Below are positions 13,511-25,990 of a stretch of DNA of 64,000 nt, piece after piece. The position numbers and the translations under genes were made by a program. Origin of the DNA: Paraspadella gotoi (taxonomy: Eukaryota; Animalia; Chaetognatha); NCBI GenBank assembly GCA_051294375.1, contig CM119270.1, forward strand, positions 17,171,904-17,235,903, given 5' to 3'. Every line of letters starts with the position of its first letter. The stretch's first letter is position 1. Under the pieces are notes generated by a model. It was not told the DNA's origin. It ran no database searches and was given only the letters and a program-made list of their open reading frames with translations.

Positions 13511-15170
13511 GATGAGCATCGTTCTAAAGCAACTCTGTGTATTTAAATATCAGAATAATATGGCAGCTATCGACATAAGAAACAATTGACAAACATTAAC
13601 TACCCTGCATAATTATCATCATAATCCGACAATCCAGGTTCAAAAAGTAATGCCGAAAAATAGGGGAAAATCGGTCAAATATCGCACACTTCAGGGACGC
13701 GTATCAACTTATCCTTTTAAAATCCGGCTAGGTTTTGATCTCAAGCAAAAGATATAGTATACTGCGTAGTACTAAGCTTTAGTAACCCGGCGCTTCACAG
13801 TGAGATCCTGGCCTAGATTTTCAGAAAAATCCGTTCAGTTAAAAAATATTATTTTTATTATAATATTACTCATAAAATATTTTTTTAAAATTTATTTTCA
13901 AAATATTAAAGATAATTAAAACACATTTTTTATAATTTATAAATAAATATAATATTAGATAGTGAATTTTATAATAAATATATATTATTATTAGATTATT
14001 ACTAGGATAATATAAGATAATAATATATTAAAATCATAATAATATAATAAAAATAATAATTCTATATATTTTAACAAAAAAAATATTCTCATGTTTATTG
14101 TATTATTATTATTTTAACTTATTATTATTATTATTATAATTTTATTAAGAATAAAAAAATGAAATTTTTTAAAACCTTTAGTTTATATTTAATATAATTA
14201 TTATATTTTATTCAAATTAAAATTTTTTTAAAATCTTATATTTTTTAAATCATACCATAAGTAAAAAAATTTTGCCGTTTAAAAAAATTAGCTAATTTTA
14301 TTAATAAAAGATATATGTATTTTGATACATATAATCAGTTTATTTTAAATCATGATAATAGTACCGGTTTCTCGAGACTTGAAATAAAAAGTTTTATTAT
14401 TTCAATACTATAATTAATAATTAATATAAATATTATTTATCATATTTGATATATTCCAAATATATGATATATTGACTTATGATAAGGTTTAAAAATTTAT
14501 TTTTCTAGCATTTCGGACTCCAACGCACACTGTGCGACGATTTTTGTTTATTTAATATTTCTTCCTCTTTTTTAAATTGCCTTATATTGAGAAAAACGCC
14601 CTTTTGAATTAAGCTCGCGCTCTTAACCTGATTTGATAGATAAAAACAATACAGGTTTCTGTCAATTGCTGATAAAAAAATTGAAAAAAATGAAAGGCTT
14701 GACCTATGCAAAGTCTTTCACCTAAAAACCGAGTTTCATAGAGTTCTGATTGGCTTATTATCAGTTGGTTCAATTTAAGATGCAAGAATCTTTAATTTTG
14801 CTTTTTCGCATCATGTCAGAGAAGACAATACAGGTTTCGAAACTGTACTAACCATGTATTGGGATTTTTGGTCTTTTTTACCAGAGCGGAGGTTTCTTGG
14901 AATAGGAGAAAAAAAGATTCCCTGAGACAGTCCATTTAAATACCATTTTTATGGGCATGATAAAATGGGAAATTCTGAATCGACGTGTTGAGTCTTTTCT
15001 TACGCTCCGATTGGATACTCACTTAGCGACGAGCAGAGTTTCTTTGATCGGTGTTTATCTGCCTATTGCATAATTTTGTTTGGCCTTGATTATGACAGGT
15101 TTTGAATAGAAGTGAAATATAAAAGGAAACTTTAGAATCGAGTTCCGATTCGATACGAATGCTCATTTCT
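13509..15170. mobile_element. Non-autonomous TIR DNA element (same element as 8679-10191, opposite orientation)
   Basis: TAGATGAGCATCGTTC at 13509 and degenerate CGAATGCTCAT at about 15156-15166. The interior is the reverse complement of 8690-10190. Confidence 0.5.
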
Positions 15171-17151
15171 TAATTATACACTTTATTAGTCCGCATGTTT
15201 AATTTAAAACTAATGAAGTTTACGAAATATAACGCTTTTGAAGGATCGCGTTCGAAATCGTAACTACAATTTACCAAAAACGATCGTATTTTTCGTAAGC
15301 TAGCACATAAGGTTTCTGCGCACAGCTACCTGTAAGAGCCGAGGCCAAGACATCACGCGAAGATCGGTAAATTTTCGATTTTCACGTTTTGAGAAAACGG
15401 CGAGAAGGGGGCCTTAAAGCGTGGGGGAATGTTAATTGAAGGGGGGAAAAACTTGGTCCCGTGATACCATTTTCGTCCTCGGCGGTGTCGATATCTTTTT
15501 CTCGTTTGTAGCGGCAGGAGACTTACTTGACTTAGAGCAGAAATGGCGAAACGAAGGACTGAACATTTTATTGCTCTATCATATCGTTATAATTATTATT
15601 TTATATTATTTGCTCCTAATCATATCGTTAATATTATTATATTAATATCTGAGTAAAAGTTACTCAAAAGTTTTTTTAATTTTTTTTTTTGCGACTAACA
15701 AATAGTTAAAGAAACAACAAAGTTTGTTTGTTTGAATAACAACGAATTTTTTATTTACTTGGAATGTTTTTTCGGCTCTTGCTCTTAAGCCTTCATCAAC
15801 AGACGTTTTGTCTCAATCACAAATTTATCATACTTAACATTGATTAAGAGAGAGAGAGAGAGAAGGAGAGAGAGAGAGAGAGGAGAGAGAGGTAAAAGTA
15901 AAGCTTCCAACAAAGAGGTGAGAAAAAGGATCGAAGTGGTCAGATCTGGGGAGAGAAGAAAGAGGAAAGTAGAGTCATGAAGATATAATAAATGGTGAAC
16001 ATATTGAGAAGAGACAGAGGAGAGAAAGAAAATTACATTTTGTAATGTATAATAACAAAAATGAAATGAAAATAGAATAATAACAATTTAAGGATTAAAA
16101 TAAAATAATGAATATTAAGAGACTTCAAAGCTACCAAATTTATTAACTATTTAAGATTTGACATATAGTGGAAAAAGAGAAGAATGTGTGGTTAGGGATA
16201 GCAAGTTACAGAGGAGAGAAAATATAGAGATACTGAGAAAAAGAGCTTTCAAAAATGGCTGGCCCCCCCCCCGGAGCCTGGCAAAGCAGGACGTTGAACC
16301 TATCAACAAACAAACATTGTGTTTCTTTAACACTATTTATATGTATATTCACTTCTACTAACGAAAGAAGGACATAGTATAATGACTAAAATAATATAAT
16401 AACTGCCAGAGTTTCAGTTTGGACATTCTATAATCATCCATATTAAACTTATTCGAATGACTTTTTATAAATATTTTCAAATGGCAGACAGTTTTTCAAA
16501 AATTTTGGTTATACAAAAACGAACAATGATAAATTACAAAAACATTCACCAAAACTCTCCAAGATATTTCCTTCTAGTAAAAGAAACAACCATTGAGAGA
16601 AGGCAAGAAAGAACGAAAAGCGAGTGAGCAAGAAAATGCGTGGGCATCCGTAATCACAAGCTAGTAATAGTGAGTAGATCGCTATTTCTCGACCTTAATC
16701 ACTTAATCAGCCTAGCAGATTTTGGAGCTATTAATTTGAGTAACTGGAAGAGGCACAGAACGCGAAGAGAAGCGGATGTAAAAGTTGATGAGAAATGATC
16801 CGCATATGGAGTAGGGTTTGGGAAGAGGAAGGTAAGGTAAGCGAAGAGTAGAGCTAGAAGAAGAAAATAAGAAGATAAGAAAGGAAAGATACGGAAGAAG
16901 ACAAAACTAGAGAAAAAGGTTAAAAAATAAGAGAAAAGAAAAGATAAAGAGAGAAGATAAACTATTAAGAAAATAAGAGAAATCAAAGCTCGAAAGACCA
17001 ACGAAACAACAAAAAAGCTAATGCAAATAAAAAAAGTCAAACGACCGATAAATGACAACGGCGTCGCGAGGAATGGTCAATGTCGTCCTTGAGACGCATT
17101 GCCCGAGTACGCGTCTCCAGGCGCCGTCGTACATCACGGGCCCCGTTCCCA

Positions 17152-17960
17152 TCACGGCGCACGCATCTCTTTCCCCGCGCCGTCACTGGGTCTAAGCTCC
17201 GAGTCCTCGATCGAGGTCATTTGATTTTCGTTCGAAAACTTTTCGATTTCACGATGAAGATTTTCGTTTTCTTTTTCCAAAAACGAAGCGCGAGCCAGAA
17301 TTTGGTTCATTTTCATCCTGGAAATATTGGAAAAAAAGAAAAAAAATAATTAAATGATTTAAAAGTCATAAGTAAATTCATTTGATTCAATAAAGTGTTT
17401 ATCGCATGTATCAAAATAAATTTACATATATACCAATGACATTTATGAGCGATTTATATAAAATAAATTTGCATATTGAAAAATCGAAATCCGATATTGT
17501 CACGTGACCAAGCGGGACCCACCGTTGAGATTCTCTGGCTCGTTTGGCGGCGAGATTGTTCTTTTGTCGTCTCTCCCAGTATTTGGAATCCTTGAGATCG
17601 TCGGGGACTAAATTCTAGTAAAATAATTATTAAATAAGTAAAGGAAGAAATATATGAATAAATACGTAAGTAAATAAATAAATAATAGAAACCTTTTTCG
17701 ATTTTCTCGCCATGGGTCGCGGGACGAGATCGTTGGCGTCCAACTTCATCTTCTTCGGATCGAAGACGTCAGAGTCCGGATTCTGGTCGGAGGCGAAGCG
17801 AGGCTCTGATTGGTCAGGAACGGAAGAAGGAAACGCTCTGATTAGTCGAAAAACTCTTGCGTCAAAATATTTGGGTTTTTTCTTTCATTATTTTTCCTTT
17901 CAATTGATTTTTTTTTAATTTTAAAAATCTTTTCCTTTTTTCTTTCTTTTTTTCTTTTTT

Positions 17961-18004
<44 letters not shown>

Positions 18005-19282
18005 TCATTCTTTCTTTCTTTCTTTCTTTCTCTCTCTCTTTCTCTTTTTCTCTTGATTCCTACTTTTGGTGTCATGTCGAAACTCTTCCGCATCCTTCTG
18101 GCAGAGAAGATGCTCCAGAATGTTCGATTGCGGCGCACCGGATTGCTGCAAAGAGTGTTGATGGGGTTGTGGCGGCTGCGCGCTCGATTGCGGCAAGTGG
18201 GATTGATGCTGTTGCTGTTGAGTTTGCTGGACATTGTTCGTGGTAGGTAGTTCGATCAGCCGGGCTATCGATTGCGGCAGCTCAGTTTTATGCTGTTGAA
18301 GTGGTTGCGGCAACTGGTGATGATGCGGATAAGACTCGGTCGACGCGGACCGTCGAGTTTTGAGCGTTTCCAAATCCGATCTGTAAATAGAAGCGATAAC
18401 AACCAACTAATTGAATCATCATCGGCGCTATTTTCCCAGAGCGCTCTATTTAGAATTATAATCCTTAACTTAGTTTTAACTCTAAATATCTTGTTTTATA
18501 CTCTTCTTAAAAGTTTAGCCCGATCTCTAATTCTTACTTCAAACCTTAACCTAATCTCTAACATTACCTCTAACCTTAACCTAATCTCTAACCCTTATCC
18601 TTAACTTTAACTTTATTTCTTAAACTTAAACCCTCATTCCTTACACTAATTCTTAAACAAAACTTTAACCAATTCTCCAGCTGTTGGACTCAAATCCCTA
18701 ACCTTAATCCCTAACCTACTCTTTATCCCATAATTTAATTATCGAATCTCAAAACAAATTTAATTCTTAATTTAAGTTGAAATGCGCGCATTTGGGAAAA
18801 GAGTTTCAGAACGGGCACTCACTGGTTTTCGTGCCTCTCGAAGGCTTCGTCGCTGTTGTTGTTGTTGTTGTTGAAGTTGCTGTAGTAGTATTCTTCATAG
18901 TTGTTGTTGTTGTTGTTGTCGTGATCGTCTTTGCCAACGAAGGAGTTGGCTGGAGGAAGAGGAAGAGGAGGAGGAAGAGGAAGAGGAGGAGGTGAAGTTA
19001 TTTTCTGGAGGACGTCGACGTCGTAGTTGTAGTTGCAGATGTAAGCGCCTTCGTCGACGAGCTGATTGAGGACGGGACGAGGGGATCGGCCTTCGATGGT
19101 CGGGGCGAGGAACTCGAGGCTCACGTCGATCGATTCCGCGGGGTAAGTCTAATGCGAGGGTAAGGGACGGAGAAAGAGAATATTGAGATTTTGTTAAATA
19201 CGTACTTTTGAAAGCAATTTAATATTAAAAAAATATAAAAGGTAAAGCAAACAAGAAAAATTACCCAAAAAATGTTAAGATA

Positions 19283-19357
<75 letters not shown>

Positions 19358-19831
19358 CTACATGTAAATCGCTATGATAGAATTTACAAAGCTTTAGAAT
19401 AAAATTTAAAAAAAAATGTAGTATCGACAAAATCTTAAAAGCATAAAGATCGAGCCGCTTTCGATAGTNNNNNNNNNNNNNNNNNNNNNNNNNCAAATCT
19501 TAAAAGCATAAAGATCGAAGCCGGGAAGCTTTCGATATAAGTAACCCAAATATTGATGCGATGATAACCAAATATTGATGCGATGATAAACCCAAATCAT
19601 TGACCGCGATTGATAAACCAATAATATGCGAATGATAACCCAAAATATGCACTGAGTGGATGAATATAATACAAATTGCATTGAGCGATGAAGTCCATTC
19701 TGATTATTGATGATAATCATCATTGAACGATTGATAAGTCATTCATTGATGCATGATAGTGAATAATACATTTGACGCTTGCTGAATCAGTTCATCGTAA
19801 ATAAAACAAACCAAATGCGTTGATGATGGAA

Positions 19832-19866
<35 letters not shown>

Positions 19867-20103
19867 GGAGAGAGAGAAGAGAGAAGAGAGAGGAGATGAT
19901 GAGAAGAGAGGAGAGACGAGGCTGGACAGTTTTCCCGCCAACGAAACGCTATTATTTAGGTCTTCTTCTCGTGTTTATATAAGAATAATCAGAATTTTTA
20001 GAACAAAAATCACGAAAATCTCGGATGGTAAATTGTGATTGTTATGTGGTATTTGAAGGAATAAAAGCGCGGTAATAAAGGCGATAATAAAGTTTTTAGA
20101 AGG

Positions 20104-20179
<76 letters not shown>

Positions 20180-22980
20180 AAGGAGGAGCAAGAGAGGGAG
20201 GGAATAGAAAAAGAGAGAGAGGAGAGAGTTTTCCACCAACGAGACGCATTATTAGAGTCTCACTCTCTGTAATTTCTGGTTATCCGTTGCCTCGCAACGC
20301 GTCGTGAAATGGGTCTATGTTGATTTTTTTTTTATACACATAACCGCGTTATTAGGTCATGTTCCTCGACATTGTTTACTTGTTGCTCCGCAACGACCAC
20401 GAAAATCTAGGGTTAAGTAAGTTATTGTATTTTGGGATTTGTATTGAGATAAAATAATAAATGGCGATAATAAAGTTTTAGAGGAAAAAATCCACGAAAA
20501 ATCTCCGGAATAAATTGGCGATAATAAAAGTTTTTAGAAGGAAAAAAAAGAGAGAGAGAAAGAGGAGAGAGAAAGAGAGAGGAAGAGAGAAGAGAGAGAG
20601 AAAGAGAGATGAGAGAGAAAAAAGATTGTTCTTTTTTTAGGAGAAACCAGACCCGAGGTCAAATTTTATATTTGCATATTTAATTAATCTTATAAATAGT
20701 TATCACAACTCAATAATTATTATTTAAAAAAAGTTAAAAATGATTAAATATATACGACTAAAAATATTATAATTTTAATAATAGTACAAGATTTATCAGA
20801 TAAACAAAAAAGTATGTTAAATTTGACCTATATCTCTCTTATCAACTCCTATTTTAGATATTATAATTTGCAATTTTAGTGGCCAACCGGGTCATAGTGG
20901 TTGCGTAATAATAAAATTTAAAAACAAAATGGTTTTTTTTTATATTTAATGCATGCAATTTATTATTCGGCGAAAGTGCTGCTATATATAGTCCATTGTA
21001 GCTATTTATTATTGATGAATGCATAGTTATTCTTCATTAAAAATAGATAAGAAGAAACGAGAGACTAATAAGAGAGAGAGAGAGAGAGATGATAGAGAGA
21101 GTGATATTTGAGGAAAACGCTCACAACACCAGAGCCTAATCATTACCATCTCTCTATCCAATTTATCCTCATCTACGATCCGACTAAATTGGGGATTTTG
21201 TATTGAAAAAACAACAAGCGCGGAATAAATTGGCCGATAACTAAAAGTTTTGAGAAGGAAAAATAATCAATATCATATGACATTCTTCGACATTCTCTAT
21301 CACTCGAACGATCTGCGAGACTACAGAGGAAGACAGAAGAGCAGATAAGGAGCAGAAGAAGAAGATATGAAAGTGTAAGAAAAGAGAGCAATGAAAGATG
21401 TCCCATATAAGACAAAGAGACGAACCTAGATCAAGCGCTCACTGATAGCCTGACTAGTCACCATGAGATCCTGAATACTGCTGTTTTTCGTAATGGGTAT
21501 CCAGAAAAGTCGCCAGTAAAACTGCAAAAAATGAAAATATAAGGGAAAGCAAATTAAACTATTATAAATATTAAAAAAAGTAAAAAAAGGACAAAAAATA
21601 TGTTACAATGATTTACAATTGGAAATATTTTCCAATTTTTTCCAAAGCGCAGCTTGTAAAAGGATTTATTTAAAAATATATATGTATTTAAAAAATATAA
21701 GACATTCTTATTAAAAAATCCTGTGAAGTTAATCCATATTATTAAAAAATTTTAAAAAATTTTTTGAATTATATTTCAATATAGTATACTGCATATGAAA
21801 TAATTAGAGGTAAAGCATTCATATAACAATACTAATAATTTGGAATATAAGTGATACTTTATATCATCATTTGCATAATCTCGCAGTTAAATCATAATGA
21901 ACGGTGAAATTCAAACAAAAAATACTACTAAATCAATGTATATGAAAATATCCAGCATTTACAAGATGAAAAAGCACATACATCAATATTAAAAGTTTTA
22001 ACTATTACTAATGATCGCACACTATTATGTGAAAACTATTACAATCATAATTATAAATGAATTTTAGTTTAAAAAAACCGAATAAAAGTCACAGCCAACA
22101 TAAAAGCGTAGTTAGTTTTTATATATGAAACAGCGTGACGGACGACGACGACGACGCGACGACGGAGTCACAAAGGAAGCAACCCCTAAAAAACATGTAG
22201 TAGAGCCTGACCCGGCTTCGCCGGTCAAGGCTCGATAATAACTACACTAAAATCATAATCGACAGAACCAACGAGTCTTACCCCGTCCCAAGAATTAGCC
22301 TCCACCGCGGACCGCCATTTTGTTCCGTCCTGCGTCGCGTGTGACGCGTCGCCATGGAAACGAGAGAAGATGTCGTCGTCGTTTCGATCTTCGAGTCCGG
22401 ATTTGAACGCGACTGCGAAAAATAATACTTTTTTTTTAGTAAAAAGTAAAAGAGAAAATACCACACTGTTCATTTGTTCGTCGCTAACTTTATCACGCGA
22501 CTACAGCGCCAAATAATATTAGTGGATAAAATTGAAAGTAGATGAGCAAAACGAAGGAGCATCTGCATTTATGATAATCGAACATCGAAGGTATCTTAAG
22601 GTATTAGGATTGTTATCATCAGGTAATTACAAAGTTTGGCAATCGAAGTCATGGTAAAAAGTTGCGACTCACCAAACTAAAAACCTCGTGAGATTTGAAA
22701 CGCTTATCTGATAACGTAAACCGTATGAAGTAAGTTCACGATAAAACCCAAAGATCGCTCGACCAATTCTGATCTTAAAAAAAAAAAAAATCTCCCGAGT
22801 GCGTAATTCGCCAATCGCGAGTCCCCGCAGGAAATTTTCGACCAATCGCGAGACGCGGACTCGAACCCGGGTTCCACCGATCGTGCGATTAACATAATTC
22901 TTTAGTTTCTACTCACGTTGACGTTGGGGGGCGGACGAGAAGAGCTTCTTTCGTGGATCCATCAACGCCGCGCGCAACAT
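17152..22980 (-). CDS. PAR-domain bZIP transcription factor (HLF/TEF/DBP/PDP1 family)
   Basis: Seven phase-consistent GT-AG exons: 22980-22917, 22412-22282, 19148-18823, 18380-18064, 17853-17693, 17614-17523, 17317-17152. N-terminal [11 protein letters not shown] resembles the HLF/TEF LRSLLENPLK motif; PAR segment [25 protein letters not shown]; basic region and zipper [46 protein letters not shown]. Confidence 0.92.
18460..18725. repeat. Degenerate telomere-like (TAACCT/TAACCC) tract in a bZIP intron
   Basis: Repeated taacct/taaccc/taatct units, flanked by weak inverted motifs ttttccca (about 18431) and tgggaaaa (about 18793). Confidence 0.55.
19280..19357. repeat. (TAA)n microsatellite
   Basis: About 25 perfect TAA units. 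Confidence 0.95.
22130..22240 (-). mobile_element. DINE-1/Helentron (HINE)-like element end: hairpin followed by a (GTC)n-GTCCGTCAC microsatellite
   Basis: GC-rich hairpin GAGCCTGACCCGGC-TTC-GCCGGTCAAGGCTC at 22203-22233. On the minus strand a gtcgtc...gtccgtcac tract follows about 40 nt later. Confidence 0.45.
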
Positions 22981-23649
22981 TTTGAGAGCGAGATGGAAAG
23001 AGACAGAGAGAGAGAAAGAGAGAGACGGAGTGACGGAGAGGGAGAAGCGAGAATCTAGTTATGTAGTCGGTTGGATAATCTACGGCGATAATGAATGTTC
23101 CCAAAACTAGTTGGGCGACATTTCGATGTTGGGGACCCGGTTATTTCGCTTGGTTTTCGGCGTAATTGAGACTCTGGTTGAGAGAGAGCGAGAGAGAGAG
23201 GGAGAGGGAGAAAAAAGATGCTTTAATGTGGAATAGAAATCAAAAGGATTTCTTTGAAGTCCCCGACTTCGTTATACATAAGACAGGAATTTAAAAAGAA
23301 ACATGTTTGAAATATAGAGTGGGTTTGAATTACTAACATGCCTACCCAATATTGTACGTAAATTTAATTAACATTAAAAGTTTTAACCTTTTATATTCAT
23401 CAGAACGTTGTATATTATATCCCGTCGGTTTTTTTTTTGGTTTCAAATTCCTACTGCGTGGTTCCTGTGGTCATTCGTGGACATCCTGTGGAGGAAAATA
23501 GAAAAGAAAAACAAAGTGAAAGAAAATTAAAGAACCTGAAAGAAAAAAAAGCGGACGGAAAAAGTATTACCTAATAAGTAATGACGACAATGACATGTAG
23601 TTCAAGCAACTTTTTAGTCGGCAATGACACCAAAATATTTTTCTTCTTT

Positions 23650-23740
23650 TTTTTAATTGAGCCGCGAGTACTCGCGGAGCAACTCGGGAAGCCAGTTTTC
23701 GGTCGGTCTGTCGGTAGGTCTGTCGGTCAGTACGTCTATC
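23650..23740 (+). mobile_element. DINE-1/Helentron (HINE)-like element end: T-run, palindrome, (GTCG/GTCT)n tract
   Basis: Perfect 16-bp palindrome CCGCGAGTACTCGCGG at 23662-23677 after poly-T, followed by ggtcggtctgtcggtaggtctgtcggtc. Confidence 0.45.
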
Positions 23741-24093
23741 TATTATAATTTACCTATAGTTGGTTGCTTATTTATTTAGACAGAAAAAACCTCAAATCTA
23801 AGGGACTGCTAACGCTGGCTTTAGGAAATCCTAAAACTAGAAGGAATAAAAGACGAAATTTTGATGCAGCTCATGTCATAATTACAAGGGCTAAACGTTT
23901 TTTTAGTCATGTCAAGTCATATCATAAGGGATCAGAGAGAAATACACGAGAAAATAAAGTTACTGCGGCGCAACATATTGGAATCACCGTTCTTGTTTTA
24001 GCATTATATAACTACATAACAGGTTTTCAAATTAAGCACCAAGAAAATCCTTGGTGCTAGTCATCGACCTTGTCATTAGAAAAATATATATCA

Positions 24094-24103
24094 GTTACGT
24101 AAT
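24094..24103. promoter_or_regulatory. Perfect PAR-bZIP site (D-box, RTTAYGTAAY) upstream of the PAR-bZIP gene
   Basis: GTTACGTAAT about 1.1 kb upstream of the ATG at 22980; near-match GTTATGTAGT at 23058-23067. Confidence 0.35.
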
Positions 24104-24765
24104 TTATATTTTGTAATCTATTATTAATAGCTTTTAATAGTTTTGATTAAATTTTATTTTTTACTCAAAAGAAGCTTTGGTAGAAAAATATAATTAAGGA
24201 TTTACATTGTCGAAAGTGCGATGTTTTTTAGCATTATTCCGTCACAATGAAAGAACATAATACCTATTTTTATTATAACTATTAAAAATTTAACTATAAA
24301 TAAAAAGGACCCAAGAAAAATATTTTGAAAAAAAAATAATGTAGATGCTAGTACAATGTAATTATGAAATTAGTACAACCAATATAAAAATTATCCATTA
24401 ACTTAATAAATAAGCTATCTTGACCCTGACTTTGGACCGACTTTCGTGGTTTAAGGCCTCCATCACACTTACAAGATTGTCCCTGAAAGCTTTCAATCAA
24501 GACTCTCTCACAGTCTCGATTATTCACTCCCAGAGTACCTGGCTTCCCTATCAATTTTACATAAATTGTTTGGAACTCACCTTTAGGGTCCCCGTTAATT
24601 TTCGCTTTCAAAGCCAAAGCAAGATGTTATGTTTTTGAAAAAAATTATTAAATCAATAACAGTTGTTTTGTTAAGGAAATCCGCCGCTTTTAATCGCGAT
24701 TCTCTTGAACTGATTTGAAAACGAAAGACGGACTTCAAAGTTTTTTATTTCAAAGAGAGAGATGA

Positions 24766-24850
<85 letters not shown>

Positions 24851-25019
24851 CGTGACTTGAGAATTCAGTTTAATGACGTCGTTAAGATTGAGAGAAGAGT
24901 TGAGATTCAAATCCAGTGACTTTTGAAAGGAAACGGTCCAATGCAATGGCATAATGATTAAATTGCGGCGAAATGACTTAAAGTTAAAGCAACTTTAACT
25001 CTCTAAGCGTTTCCCCCTC

Positions 25020-25070
25020 GTCTCCATGGCGAAGTCCTAGGTTCGATCCCCTGGTGTTCCTGGTTCTGGA
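25020..25070 (+). mobile_element. tRNA-derived SINE-like fragment (Pol III B box)
   Basis: GGTTCGATCCC at about 25040-25050; no complete cloverleaf. Confidence 0.3.
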
Positions 25071-25153
25071 ACTATATATAGATATATATATTGAAGTAAT
25101 AATGTTCAACTATAAATAAAATTCGTTGCAAACAAAAACTTNNNNNNNNNNNN

Positions 25154-25191
<38 letters not shown>

Positions 25192-25790
25192 AGAGATAAA
25201 AAGAAGTCAGCGAAGTCCACGTGTTTCTACGGTGTTTACCCAAAACATTCCTTATTAAACTGTAAATAATGTGAAGATCATTCAAACTATTCACACCAAA
25301 GTTTTATGTTTATATCTCATAAGAAAACTTAAAGAGTACAATAATAAAACAAAATAGAGCTCATATTTGATTCTGGTTATGACGACAATGCTCTACAGAA
25401 TTTGACCCAAATCTGACGGTAATTAAATCTTTCAACCAATAATTTCCAAAAGCCGGTAATATACAATTCCCAGTCGAGAGGACCGGTGGGTGTTCTTGTT
25501 CCAAAGTTGTATTTATAAAATAAAAAACAATTCTTGAAATCGATAGGTTATCGAAGTCACGTTGCGACGATCAGGATTTTAGTTGGAGATGGATGACGGC
25601 AACTTATTAAGAAAGAAAAAAAAAAGAGTCGAGAAAGATAGAAAGAGAGAAAGAAACAATAGAAAGAAATAGAAAAAAATTGGATTCTACATAAAATATT
25701 CAAAATCATTCAAATTTCAAACGAGAGAGAAAGCACAAAAAGTAAAAAAAAAAAACGATACAAACAAAGTCAACACAATATTTGGTCATA

Positions 25791-25990
25791 AAAACTAAAC
25801 TAAACTAAACTAATAACCAGACTAAACTAAGGTCGACTGATCAGGTCAGGCTAAACTAAACTAAACTAAACTAAACTAAAGTAAACTAAACTAAACTAAA
25901 CTAAACTAAACTAAACTAAACTAAACTAAACTAAACTAAACTAAACTAATAACCAGACTAAACTAAGTTCGACAGATCAGGCCAGGCTTC
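25791..25990. repeat. (AAACT)n pentanucleotide array with two embedded copies of a spacer of about 40 bp
   Basis: aataaccagactaaactaag(g/t)tcgac(t/a)gatcagg(t/c)caggct occurs twice among AAACT runs. Confidence 0.9.

Noticed and set aside
19420-21420. Repeated blocks (gataacccaaatattgatgcg; ggcgataataaagtttttagaagg) that superficially resemble a repeat-spacer array
   Set aside because: Irregular, indel-laden copies next to a 25-N gap inside a eukaryotic intron. No cas genes; consistent with noisy read stutter, not CRISPR.
22845-22890. GGTTCGAGTCC B box on the minus strand (possible tRNA)
   Set aside because: No A box or cloverleaf; lies in bZIP intron 1 among CCAAT motifs.
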